Source of the DNA: Lama guanicoe
Taxonomy: Eukaryota
Length of the DNA stretch: 64,000 bases
NCBI GenBank assembly: GCA_013239625.1
Contig: MU057102.1
Span: 3,677,782-3,741,781 of the forward strand
Reading direction: 5' to 3'
Under the pieces are notes generated by a model. The model was not told the DNA's origin, did no database searches, and worked only from the letters and a program-made list of their open reading frames with translations. Numbering within the stretch: position 1 is the stretch's first letter; the number at the start of each line of letters is the position of its first letter. Of this stretch, positions 1 to 12,000 are shown piece after piece. Both the position numbers and the translations under genes were made by a program.

Positions 1-3000
1 GGACGGGCACCACCTGTGGCCTCCCTGCTGGCTGCGTCTGGTCGCGACTTAGCTCCTGTTCAGCAGCAATCTGTCTCCAGACGTGGGCTCGTGGGTGACC
101 TCCCCACGGGCAGTGTGCTCCCTCCTCACCCCACTGTCGGGACAGCGCCAGCTGGAAAACAGACTTATCAGGTTAATTTTAGTCCTTCATGGTGCGGTTA
201 CCTGAAACTTGTCCAGAAACTTCTGGATCCTCCCACCTGGGTCAGGCCCACTGCCAAGGTGTGTAACAGGCAGGAAGCAGGTGCCACCCCTTCTGCACTT
301 GGGAAGCCTTAGGCTGGGCAGGCCGTGCGCCTCCGCGTGGGCTGGCATTTCTGCGTGGGGCAGGGGCAGGAGGGAGCCCTGTGCGAGATGACCGACATCC
401 CATGTCAGGAAATGCCCATGTTACAAAACCCTGGACAGTGCGGTGTTTCTGTGTGTGGGATGTGGGAAGGTAGGTGAGTGTGCCCGCAGAGAGGACTCTT
501 GAGCGGACGACACGGCCACAGGTGTTGGGGGAGGCGGTGCTCCCTGCAGGCAGAGCCTGGCTGTGGGCTGGGGCCTGGGTGTCAGCCTGGCCCACGGTTC
601 TAAACCCTTACTCTTCATCCCCTGCCTTGTGGCTCATGTTTTTGGCATTTCCTATTCTTTGTTACTTTTCACATATGAGTGTCTGGTCAACCCTCATCCA
701 CCTACCCCTTGGGCTCAGCTGACCACTGGCATCAGCTTGTCAATTATTTCAGTTAATCTTCATTGGAAAGACAAAATTAAATAAAACATCCAAATGTTGG
801 TGCAAGCAAAAACGACGTCACACCAGCCCAGCCCCCTCACCAGTGCACGTGCGGACGTCCAGACTCAGCCCGGACGCTGACTAGTGGGGTGTCGGGGGCC
901 GGGGGCCCAGCCCAGCAGCAGGGGGTAGGGCCGTCCGGGGTCGAGTAGGCGGGTCACAGTGCTCCTGGCCCCTGCAGGGTCTGGGCCCCAGCGTGTGCTG
1001 CTCTCGTCTGGCCTGGTGGCCAGTGGCTGGGGTGGGAGCTGCACCCACAGGGGCCTGATGGACACTCTCTGGCAGTGCTGGGGCCTCGGTGTCTCGTCTG
1101 CCAAGTGGAAATTAAGTGCAGCCACCATGATTTAGGAGGACACAGTGTGGGTGTCCTGACAACCATAGCCCAGTGACCATGCTGACCGCCGGTTCTCCAC
1201 CTGGGCCTTCCCTTTCTTGCAGCCAGTGTGCAGTCATGAGTCAGAGCCGGATGCCCTGCAGGGACACAGGAGGGCGTCCGAGCAGGGCCTTGTGTGGACC
1301 AGAGTGTGTCTCACGTAAAATTGCCCCACAAGTGCTGAGAAGTGTGAACACTCCTGCTGACGACGTGTAAGGAAAGTCTGAATGTTGAGGGAAAGATCTC
1401 TGAGGCTGAAGTGAACGTGGGGCACAGGAGACTCGCCGCCTCCACGTAGGCCTCGGGGGTTCTTGGAGGGGCCGGCCAGGGGAGGGGATCCTGGGTCCCG
1501 AGTGGTGGCTCAGGAAATGAGGTGAGGCTGGTCAGACTGGTCCCCATCTGTGTCCCGGCTCTGCTGCCAACAGCGCTGCTGCCATGAGCGAGCCGGAAGG
1601 CAGAGCGTCTTCGCCTCAGGGCCGCTGTGGGGACAGGGACCGCGTCCTCAGCTCAGCTCGACTCCGCGCTGCTCCGTCCTGGTCGCCAGAGGGCGCTGCA
1701 CCCGGCGTGTGCAGCCGCTGTAGCAGGAGGGACTGGAGGAAGCCCGAAGACGAGGACGACGTGGCTGCACCCGAGCGCCCTGCACGAATGGGGACCGCGG
1801 AGCAGGGCCTCAGAACGGTTGCCTGTGGCGCAGCCTGCCCCGCCCGGTCTGTGCCGAGCGCCAGGAGCACCAGCTCTGGGGGCGCAGCACCACGCCTGCG
1901 TGCTACAGCGTGTCCTGTTGGGATGTGCGTGTCACCACATTCCGTCTCTCGTGTCATTTAAATCCCTTCTGGGACGATGCTTCACGGGTGCTACGTCAGT
2001 ACTGGGTGCTGGAGCTGCTCTCCTGGTTTTTACTTTGTTCTTCGTTTTCCTTTAGTTACAAGATGATGCCTGTTTGTTCCGACTCCGGGACAGAGCGAAG
2101 TAGGAGCTGTGTCCCCTCCCGCCAGCCCCACAGGCGCTCAGCCACCTCAGCCACCAACCTAGGGTGGCCTCACTCACCCTCCAGCTGTGTCCTGCCTCTC
2201 AGAAGTCTGGCCTGGTGGGTCAGATCATCTGTTATGACTTTAGTAAAAAAAAAAATCACCACCCGCTGGGTCGTGAGTTCCTCCCGTGGCTCTTGTGGGC
2301 GGGGGGGCGTGGTTGCCCTCAGTGGCCCATGCTCTGCAGGCACGTGGTGTCCTCATGCCCACATCAGCAGCCTGATGGCCAGCACCACAGGCACACCGTC
2401 CTCGGTGCCTGCAATGGGGCGCCACGGGGACGGGGCTGCGAAAGGGCGTGGAGGCTCAGCAGGGCATGGGTGTTGGATTGAGACCCCAGCAAGTCTTGCA
2501 CACCCTGAAGCCCGTGACCCAGGAAAGCCAGGGAGGGAAGCAGACCCTGAGGATACCCCTGGGGAGCCAGAGGGTGCTGGACGGGCAGATGGCCCAGAGA
2601 GAGGCACTCAGCTGGGGACAGGGAGACTTAAGGGGCCCAGAGGGTTCCCGGAGTCCTGACATGGGACTGGGCTGGGGGAGGAGGCCCGGGAAGACCCCAG
2701 GAGAGGTGAGACGGGGCTGGAGGACAAGGCGAGGGCTGCAGGGTGGGCAGCACCACAGGCCCAGGGATTGGCAGTCTCCCCCACGGTGGGAAACACTGGC
2801 TGTGTTGGAGAAACTGCCCCCCACGAAGCACTGGAGGCCACCTTGAAGCAGGCACACGGTGCCCACCAGGGACTCTCCAGTGGACACTTGCCCGTCTCCT
2901 CAAATTCTCCATTTTTTAGGGTTACTTGCAGTGTGGTTCTGTTTATAATTGCACCACATACTGATGTGATTCTAAAGTCAGATCTACCCAGAAGGCCATC

Positions 3001-6000
3001 TTCCAAGAATCCTTGTGTCCATCTGGCCCCCGCCTGCTGCCCACTCCCCTGGACAAAACCAGTCTTAGGTTCCGGCCTCCATTTTCAACATAAGGAAGTT
3101 CTCTGGCCCCTCTTAGATGAAAACATCTTCACTCCCCGGGCCTGGGGCGTTGCAGGCCCTGAACGCCAGGACCTCATGGGCGGCCAGCACTCTGCCCAGT
3201 GTTTCCCAGCTGCTGCCCACCTTGCCCAAGGTCGTCAAGGGCACTGGGGACACTTTGCAGGAGGAGAGGACAGGGCCTCCAGGCTCTGGAGGATGCCGGG
3301 CCTTCTGTAGGCATTGGCAGTCTCTAAGAGACAAGGCTGAGACCATCTGGCAGAAAGCTCGTTTTTAGCCATAAAATTTACATGGATGAATAGTGTCGAG
3401 TTGGGTATTAATTTACAGTTGCTGGATGTGTTTTTCAAAAGTGAGAGGAAGGGTTCCAACTAGCACCGTTTCCCAGCACAAGTGAACTGCTGAGAGTCAA
3501 GGGCCAGCCCTCCGCCAGCCCCACGAGGAGTTTTATAGAATAATCCAGAAGGCCTGCAGGATAGACAGAAGACAGAGGAGGCTCTGAGCTCAGGAGAGGT
3601 GCTGGCCCGAAGGAGCCAGGTCTGGGCTCTGCAGCCCCCTGCTGCCTGGTGCTGGGCCGTCCTGGGGGAGTGGCCCCCCTCCAGGCTTCCCCCGCCTGGA
3701 ACCGACCGACCCCAGTGGAGTGGGCCCTTCTGCAGGCCTGTTCGTGTGGTGGCCCAGGAGCATGAAGATCCTTTCACGCCCCGCAGTGGGCTGTGAAGGA
3801 GGTTTTCAATGAGTCTTCTTTCCAGACTAAGAGGAAATTCCTAGAATTCTTCGGTGGTAAATCCAGGTCCCTGGTTCAAGCCCACGGAGCCACAGAGCCA
3901 GGGTGCGCGTGACCGGAGGAGGGTGGGGCGCCCCTCCTCAGGACCCCTAGGTCCCAGGGGTCTGCCTGTAAAGGAAGAGTCCCCAGTCCTCGTGCCGGAG
4001 CCGCTTGGCGCTGCCCTCGGCGGGCGTCCCACCAGGCCTCAAGCTCCAAATCCCTCCTGCCAGCTGTGAGTCAGGGTCCAAAGCCCGGAGAGGCCCCAGG
4101 GCAGGGGCGGCCACCAAGCCGACGTGCTCCCAGGCACAGCTGCCAGCTCTGTGGCTCGGAAACCGCGCGCTCCCCCGCGACGGGGACGCACTGGCACGCC
4201 CACCTGGGCTCTGGGCCGTCCGCCCCCACCTCTGCTCGGGCTCCACTGTTCAGTCCTTCATCTCAGCTTGCAGTTTGGAAAGAACCCCACACTTGCAGGA
4301 AAGTCACAAAGTATGACTGACGCCAAGAACACGCCACACGGCCCCGGACTCGCCCACCGCTGGAGTGCCCGCCTGCTCCACCCCGTAGGCTGTGGCTCAT
4401 GCTGCACACGCCCTCATGTGTCTGCCATGCGCACTTTTCAAGTGCGGTGGTTCCTTGTGGCTGAGGGAAGCGCTCTGGACGGAGAGCCACATACGTGTGT
4501 TCCTAGGGCATCGAGGGTCAGCACAGGAGCTGTGGCACCTCCCGCGTGCACGTGTGGACTGGCAGTGGACACACCTCCACCCGTCAGCACCGCTCCCTTT
4601 GCCTCCTCAGTTCTGGGGGACACAACTAGGGTGCAGCAAAATGCTCTCTGGTGGGCGTCCTGACACCCAGTGCAGACACTCACAGCCCTGTGCTTCTGTT
4701 TGTGCTCAAGTCCGCCGACCCGGCCGGGACGAGCTCAGGACCTGCTGGTGGGGGCCCCACGCTTCCCACGCTGAAGGGCTCGGCACTAAACTTCCAGCCA
4801 GTCACAGGTATGAATGCAGTAAAGGAAAGAATGACTAGAAAATGAAATCCTTGAAGATACGAAACACAGCTTGTTTCTTTCTTACAAGATCCAACAGAAG
4901 CACAATTCCCTGACTGACTGCGACAGAAGTTTCTAAGCGCCCAGCTCACGCCTTTCACGCATCTCTCCAGGGAGGGGTCACCAGCAGCTCAGGGAGAGAG
5001 CTGCAGCCTACACCCTCTCCACTGTCTCAGGGGACAGGGACCCTGCCCATCCCTCCTTCCCTGACAGTGCAAAGTGAAAAGTCTGAGTGTCCTGAGGTCA
5101 GCTTGGCCCACGAGGTGGGGTGTTATCTGAGCTCAGCTTGGACGAGGGAGCAGGGTGGGGTCCCTGCTGCCAGAGACCACCTGGCTGGCAGGCTGTGCCC
5201 AGCCTGGTTTGGAGAAACTTCAGGAGCCCTCAGCTTCTCAGCCACCTGGGGTCCCAGGTCCCCACCTCCATGGCACCCCATCACAGAAGGCATGCCCAGG
5301 GTGGGAGGACGTGAGCAGTGGGGCCAAGGAGGCAGCCAGCCAGCCCGTGGTTGTGGGGCAGGGGTCCCCCCAAGGGTGACAGTGGAGCGCATGCCCTGAG
5401 CCGGCTCTGAGGTCTGCTGCAGCAGCGACTGGAGGGGACCATGTCCCCCAGCTACTCAGGATACACGTGAACCTGCAGGACGTGTGCAAATGACACGCTG
5501 GCCCTTGGCCCCTTCCAGGACTTCCTCTCTCAGGGTTTCTTTTCCCAGCCTCATTTAATTCCCAGTTTTTCTCTCTGGACACAGTGATGAGCAACTCAGG
5601 GCTTCTCCTGTCTGGTGGCCTGCTGTGCTACCGGCTCCCAGCTCATGTCCGAGAACATGTCCAAAATTTGATCTCACGTGGGACACGCTGCTGCTGAAGG
5701 ACAGCCCCAGGATCCCAGTGACATCCCTGCCCTTGGTCACTGGCCGGCCAGCAGCTCCCGTGGGCCCAGGGGCCGGACAACAGGCAGTTCCCACCTCTTC
5801 TGGGAGTGGGGACATTTTCTCTCAGCACCGGGGGTCCCACAGGAGCTGCCCCAGCGAGTGAGCACTGACTACAGCAATGGGAGTTAGCGTGATGCTGTTT
5901 CCAGGGAAGGCAGGCCACGTGTTGCTAGTGGTCACTGCTCTGCCTGCTGGAATCATGGGACACAGGGCTGGCTGTGCCCACAGCCCAGGACCTGGGCACT

Positions 6001-9000
6001 GGGTGGGGCCTGAGGCTCAGGACAGCACACACAGCTGCCTCCCAGGAGCCCAACAGGGAGAGTGGCTGCAAGTCCGGCGTGCTCAGGGTCAGCGCAGGGT
6101 GGGTGAAGCCGCGGGACGAGGGCTGGCAGATTCCCGAGGCAGCAGGGGTCCCTGTGAGGCTGCACGTGGGATGGGGTGGGTAATCTCTCCTCATCTTTCC
6201 AAGTGTATTTCAATCACTATAATCTTCATTTGGAAAATTACTTCAAAAGAGCCTGCCAGACCTGAGGAACCCCAAACACGCTCCCTGACGGCATTATTTG
6301 TCAGACAGAAACACGCCGGGTGGCCACAACAGCACTCGCAGTGCAGGACTCAGGCTACACTGGGCAGCTTGGGCACCGTCCTGAGCAGCAGACAGCGAGG
6401 CCCGTCCGGGCTCCATGGAGGCTGTGCAGACCCAGAGCCCGGAACCTGCCCCACCTGATGGTGGAGCTGACCTGCTACGGTTCTGTGCCCCAGAGACAGG
6501 GCACCCCAGCCCTGGAAGGGTCAGCAGCAGGCTTGGGGCTCAGGAACCCCACTGAGACTCCAGGGTGTCTCCCCAGATTGCCTCCTCCCAGCTGACATGT
6601 GGGCCAGGCACAGGCCTGGCCCCTAGGACTGCCCAGAGCTGCGTCCGGCACTGGCATGCCCAGGCCAGGAGCACCCTGCCCCGCGGCGAGGCCTGGTGTG
6701 TCCTCAGAGGCTGGGTGCTGGTGGGCGGGGGGTGCCTCACATGCCCCTCACAGGAGGAGTGGGTGCCCGGACCCTCAGAGCATTGGAGGAAGGGAAATTT
6801 CGCAGCTGCAGAAGCACAGGGGGGGTGGGAAGAATTCCGTAACGGGTCACCGCCTCTAGAGCCTCACAAAGCCATTTTCAGGAAACATGTTTCCTCCAGT
6901 CACGGAAACATGGACACACGGCCTTGATCCCACAGAGCGTGGGGCCATGGGCAGGGGCGACACCCAGGGAGTTGGAGCTTAGGGCACTCGAGGGCACAGA
7001 ACGCTGGGTGAGAGAGGCCAGGCTTGGTCCTGGCAGGAGCGCAAGGGGACGCCACACCGAGCCGACCAGACCCAGGCACCAGCGCTGCCCCTCCTGCCGG
7101 GCCTCCTCACCCCCACGCCACTCCCCCGGGACACCGGGCCAGCGACAGGGTGAGCATGAGTCGGCGTGTGGCCACCAGGCTAGTGTCATTGGGGTGACTC
7201 GAGCCCCTGCAGTGGGGGGCTGATCTGGGAGGGTGGAGAGTGCGGGAGTGAGGCGCCCTTGCTCTCGTCCAGAAGCAGTGGGGGCCTCCGGTGCGGCCCT
7301 CGGACAGGCTCCAGCCAGAGGCACCACCTGTGAAGGGGCCAGGGTGGTGGCTCTGTCCTGCCCTGGCTGACTCCGGCGCCTTTGGGACCCTCTCTGGCAA
7401 GCCCCTTCCTGCTCCAGGGCCCCGTGACGCTGTCAGATCCCAGAAGGTGCCTGGACCCCTGTGTGGGCGGACGGAGGGATGCGGGCGACGAGATGAGAGC
7501 GTGGACGCCTGCACGCGTGTCGGCAGGAACGTGGTGGGGAGGCTGGGAGGGGGACCTACTGCCCCGCCCCAGCTGGGGGTCGTGCGTACCCCGTCCTGGG
7601 GGCTGTGGTCTTCCGCGGCAGCTGCTGCTTCTGGCCCCAGGTGACCCGGTCCTGGGTCCTGTCTCCGGCCTCAGGCCGCAGGCAGGGAGCCTGGTGGGGT
7701 GAGTAGGACCCCTGGGCGAGGCCCCCGGTGCATCCCCCAGGCTGGTGGTCACAGCACCCTTTCGGAACTTCCTCCCACGCCGATGCCTCTGGGCACCTCG
7801 TTCTCACTTACACTTCTGCGGGTCTTTGCGTTTTTACATCTTAGACTGGCATTTGGCAGGAAAACCCTCTGCCTCGGGACTTTCCCGAGCCAGGGCCCCG
7901 GGCTGGCGAGCGGGGAGCGCAGCCCCACAGGGGTGGGGCGGGCACCCTTGCCACAGACTGTGTTTTCTTTTCTGTTGAGCCTGGAGTTGGCAGCTCCGAG
8001 GGAGGCACGTCGTGGGAGCTGTGGGCCCTTCTGAGCATAAACCAAGAGGGCATCCTGTTCCCCTTGTGAGGACACACAGAAGTAGCTTCCTGGTGCGTGA
8101 CGCGGTGCTGGGGGCCCCCTGAGGCCTGTCTGCTGGTCCCCCACCGTGGGGAGGAGCTGGGGTTACCATGGCGTCTGGAATCCCCTACAGGATCACAGCC
8201 TCCACGGGGGGGCATGCAGCAAGGCCAGATCCAAAAGCAAGGTGGGCCTCGGCTGGCTGTGCAGTGGGCCAGCGCCTGGCCTCCTGGAACCACCTCCAGC
8301 CCGAGCCCAGAGGACCTGCCACTGGAGGCCAAGGCCTTACGCCCAGGCCGGCTTCCTGTCCACAACGACCCGGCTGGGCGGGCTCGTCACACAGGCAGCC
8401 GTCAGGTGTGCAGGCCGGAGCCGCCAGCTTTCTACCCGACACAGGGCAGCCCCACTTCCCAGTGCAAAGAGCTTGAATCCAGTCCTTGGAAGCATTTCCA
8501 GTTGTTCTTGGCATCAGAGAGAGCCTTCAGTGAGCCTGGGGATGCAGCCTGTTGACGCAGGGGTCCCAGTTTACCCAGTGGGCACTTCTGCCATCTGCTG
8601 TACCAAGAATGTTCCTGCGTTCCAGAGGAAACAGGCCAGATGGAGCGGGACCTGCGCTGGGCTGGTGGGCACAGCCCTCACCCCTGGCCGGGGGCACCTG
8701 GCTTGGAGAGCCACAGGTAACCAGGGCAGCAGATGGAGGAAACTCAAGACCTCTGCCTCCTCCCTAGAAACCTGGTTTCCCTGTTGTGCCAGGCGCACTG
8801 GAGGCCTGAGCCCTGCCCTGACCCCTGCCCTGACCCCTGAGTGTAGGGGAGGCTAGGGACGTGTCCAGGCTTACCCTGAATACACGCTCATACGTGCACA
8901 GATGCACACACATTCACGTGTGCGCACCAAGCCCAGCCCCTGCACACACAACCGCAGCACCAGGGGACAGGACAGCTCCCAGAGCAACCCCGCCACCCTG

Positions 9001-12000
9001 CACCTGCAGAGCCCAGATGCCGGATTTGCAGCCAGTTCCTCCTGTCCTGCTGGAGAGGCCTTGTCCTGGCTGGGTCGTCCAGGCACACTTGGACTGAGAG
9101 CAGCACCCCCTGACTCGAGGCCTGAGGCTGGTGGATGACCACCTGGGATAGAGAACCCCTCTGTGACAGCTCTCTCCAACTCCGGGCCCCACTGGCCTTG
9201 GTTGCCCACGTCCCTGGACCTGGGCCTGCACCTCCAGTGTCCCTGGGCCCTGCCGATGGAGGTGCCCCGGCAGAACTGCAGATCAGCCCTGCCCGCCTGG
9301 CCCTCTACCAGGCCTCCCTTGGCCTCAGGAAACTGGATATATTTGTAATTTTTTAAAAGCTCAGAGCCATTTTTCAAAACGAGGCTGTTTTTCCAGTGGA
9401 AACTGTAACAGGAGCCCAGAACCGTTCCCACTCACCCCTTCGGCACGTGAGACCAGCGCCCGCTTGCGCTCGCTCACTCCACTCTGCTAGGGCCATGCCG
9501 ACCCAGCTCCTGCACCCCCGGGGATGGTCCGCCTGGCGCCTGCCCTCCCCCGTCAACCCTGCGGTGACTGGGACGGCAGGGCTGCTGGCCCGTGTGCAGG
9601 AGGGAGCTGGAGAGCCCGGAGGAGGCCCTGAGGGCCCTACGGCTGAGCGAGCTATGCTCCCTCCCCTCGCCCTGCTGCCTCTGCTTCCCTCAGACCCCAG
9701 GTGCACCTGCACCCAGCCAGGCGCCAGGGGTGTGAGCGGCTGCCCGCAGGCACTTGGCTCCTGGCAGCCCAGCGCCCTCAAGGACACGACTCCCTGGACC
9801 AGCAGGCCGCTGTTCTGGCTCACCCTTCCCAGGTCACTCAGGCTGGGCCCATCTGCACCCACTTTTTGTCCTCAGAAGAGCAGCCACCTCCCCCTGTGTC
9901 GGCTTAAGCAACAAAAACGGGGATGGTGTCATTGGCTTCACAGCTCCCAGGCCCCAGGAGGCAGCGTCCAGCAGTGCATTTTAGCTGTTTGTGGGGTGGG
10001 GCCTCCCAGCACCCCGGTGGCTGGCACTGGCAGACTCAGGGAAGTTTCCCATGATGGTGCCGTGGTGGCTGGCTTCACCCATGCTCACAATAGGAAACAG
10101 TGGGGGCCCAGCCTCCTTCCCCCACACCACAGGGGGCATGTCTCCCACCTGCCCTAGACGCCGAGCTTTAGGCCCCTGACGCAGATGTGTCCTAGAGGAC
10201 GGGCCCCTTGGGCGAGACACACCTGCGCACACCTGCAGGTCCCTTGGGTCCCTGGTGCTGAGGAGCTGGCCGGGCAGAGGCAGGTCCCCTCCACAGCGGC
10301 CTCTTCCCCGGTGGACAGCAAACCGCCCTCCGCCCCTGGCAGGGAAGGGCCACCCTGGAGGCAGGCACGGGGGCTCCCCTCAGGCTCCCCTCCTAAGCTG
10401 AGGGTCCCTCCAGGCCCAGAGGGACAAGGCAAGTGCCTGTACCACCACCTCCCATGAGGGAGGGTCTGGGGCTCCCTCCAGAACACCTGACCCTGCTGCC
10501 CGCCCGCCATCCCCCGCCATCCCCTCGGCAACACGGTCCATCCTGTAGTGTGAACATTCATCCCTCTTCGTGGTTTGTCCCTCCCTGCCCAAGGGAAACC
10601 TGCTCTCAGTCCCCTGCTGGGCGTCCGGGAGAGCAGGGGCTCCTGGGAGCCGCCAGGGTGGGTGGCAGCTCCCACGCCGCTTGGTCCTGAGTGTGCAGCC
10701 TGGGCTGCAGGAGGGGCCGTCACTGTGGGAGGTGCTGTCGGACTGGAGGGACAGCCGTGGGACAGCACCCCCGTGTCTCACTCCCTTGGCTCTGACAGCC
10801 TCCCAGAGGGGCACTGGGTGCTGGGCAGAGGGTGGGCTGGGGCCTCACTGGGGCCTGAGGGCTACAGGAGGTCAGCCCTGCCAGGGGCCAGGGACCTCAG
10901 GCCCAGCTGCCCTCACAGAGCCCAGCCTCCTCTTGACCTCGGGCCAGAGAGGGTGGGGCGGGCTGGGACCCCTGCCCTGGGGCCAGCAGGGCTGAGAGAC
11001 CGTCCAGGTGTTTGCTGCCAGCCTCCCGCAGGATGCCTCGGGCCCCAGCCCATCCAGGAGAGCTCTTAGTGGCCAGCAGGAAGTCAGTAGGGAGTCCAGC
11101 AGACCGACAGTTGAGGGAGCCAGGGCAAAGCTGGGGGGCTGGGGGCATGGCGACACCAGAGGTGGAGCCCCTTCCTGGTGCGGGGGGAGTGGGCCGCGGG
11201 GTTGGAGCCTCAGAGTTCCATACAAACTGCCCCACGGCCACGGGCTGCAGGGCCGGCAGCTGCCAGGAAGGCTGGAGGTGGGCCTGGGCAAGCAGGGCGC
11301 AGACGCCAGAGCCCCTCCACCCACGCCCAGGAAGGAGCCCCGCCTCCCGTCTTGTCTGTGGGTCTGTGCAGCCCCTGGTGAGTGACTGCTGGGACAGCCA
11401 ATCCACACACGCATGCCTGTGTGCACACGCGTCCCCAGGTGGGGAGCCCTGGCCCCTCGCAGGTTCCAGGCCTCAGAGTCCCTCTCCTTGCCCTGAGGGC
11501 ACTCTGGTTCACCAGCACTGCTGGGTCACGGCAGATCCCTTCCTGCTAGGTGGCCGAGACTGGGTCTCAGGGATACGGCAACAGCCCCCTGCCCTCCAGG
11601 GTCTTCCCACCCTGGGTGAGCTTTAGGCCTCAGGCCATCCCAGAGGGTCCAGCACCAGACCTGAGCGGAGGGTGGGCACCAAGGCCCCAGTGGGAGTCAC
11701 CCCCAGGTGCTCCTGCCAGGTGACCCGTGAGCTGCTGGATCCCCGGTGGGACTTCCAGGCCAGGCTCCAGTCCCCAGGAGGAAACCTGCTGTGTGTCCGG
11801 CCTGGTGGCATCCCCACCGGGCGCCCCGCAGGGCAGAGTCAGCCCTTCCCAGGGGAGATGCAGATCTCAGAGTGACGAAGGAGCTGCAGAGTTCACCTCT
11901 CAGCCCTAGCACAGACTCATGCAGGCCTGAAACGCATCCAGGAGGGAGACACCAGGCAGCCCAGCCCCTCCCAGCCTGCTGAGCCCCAGGGGAGAGCCCT

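Noticed and set aside
1584-2170. CpG-rich ORFs near the first CTCF motif
   Set aside because: No recognisable protein. The 2040-2160 part resembles a decayed L1ME-type end, but too weakly to call.
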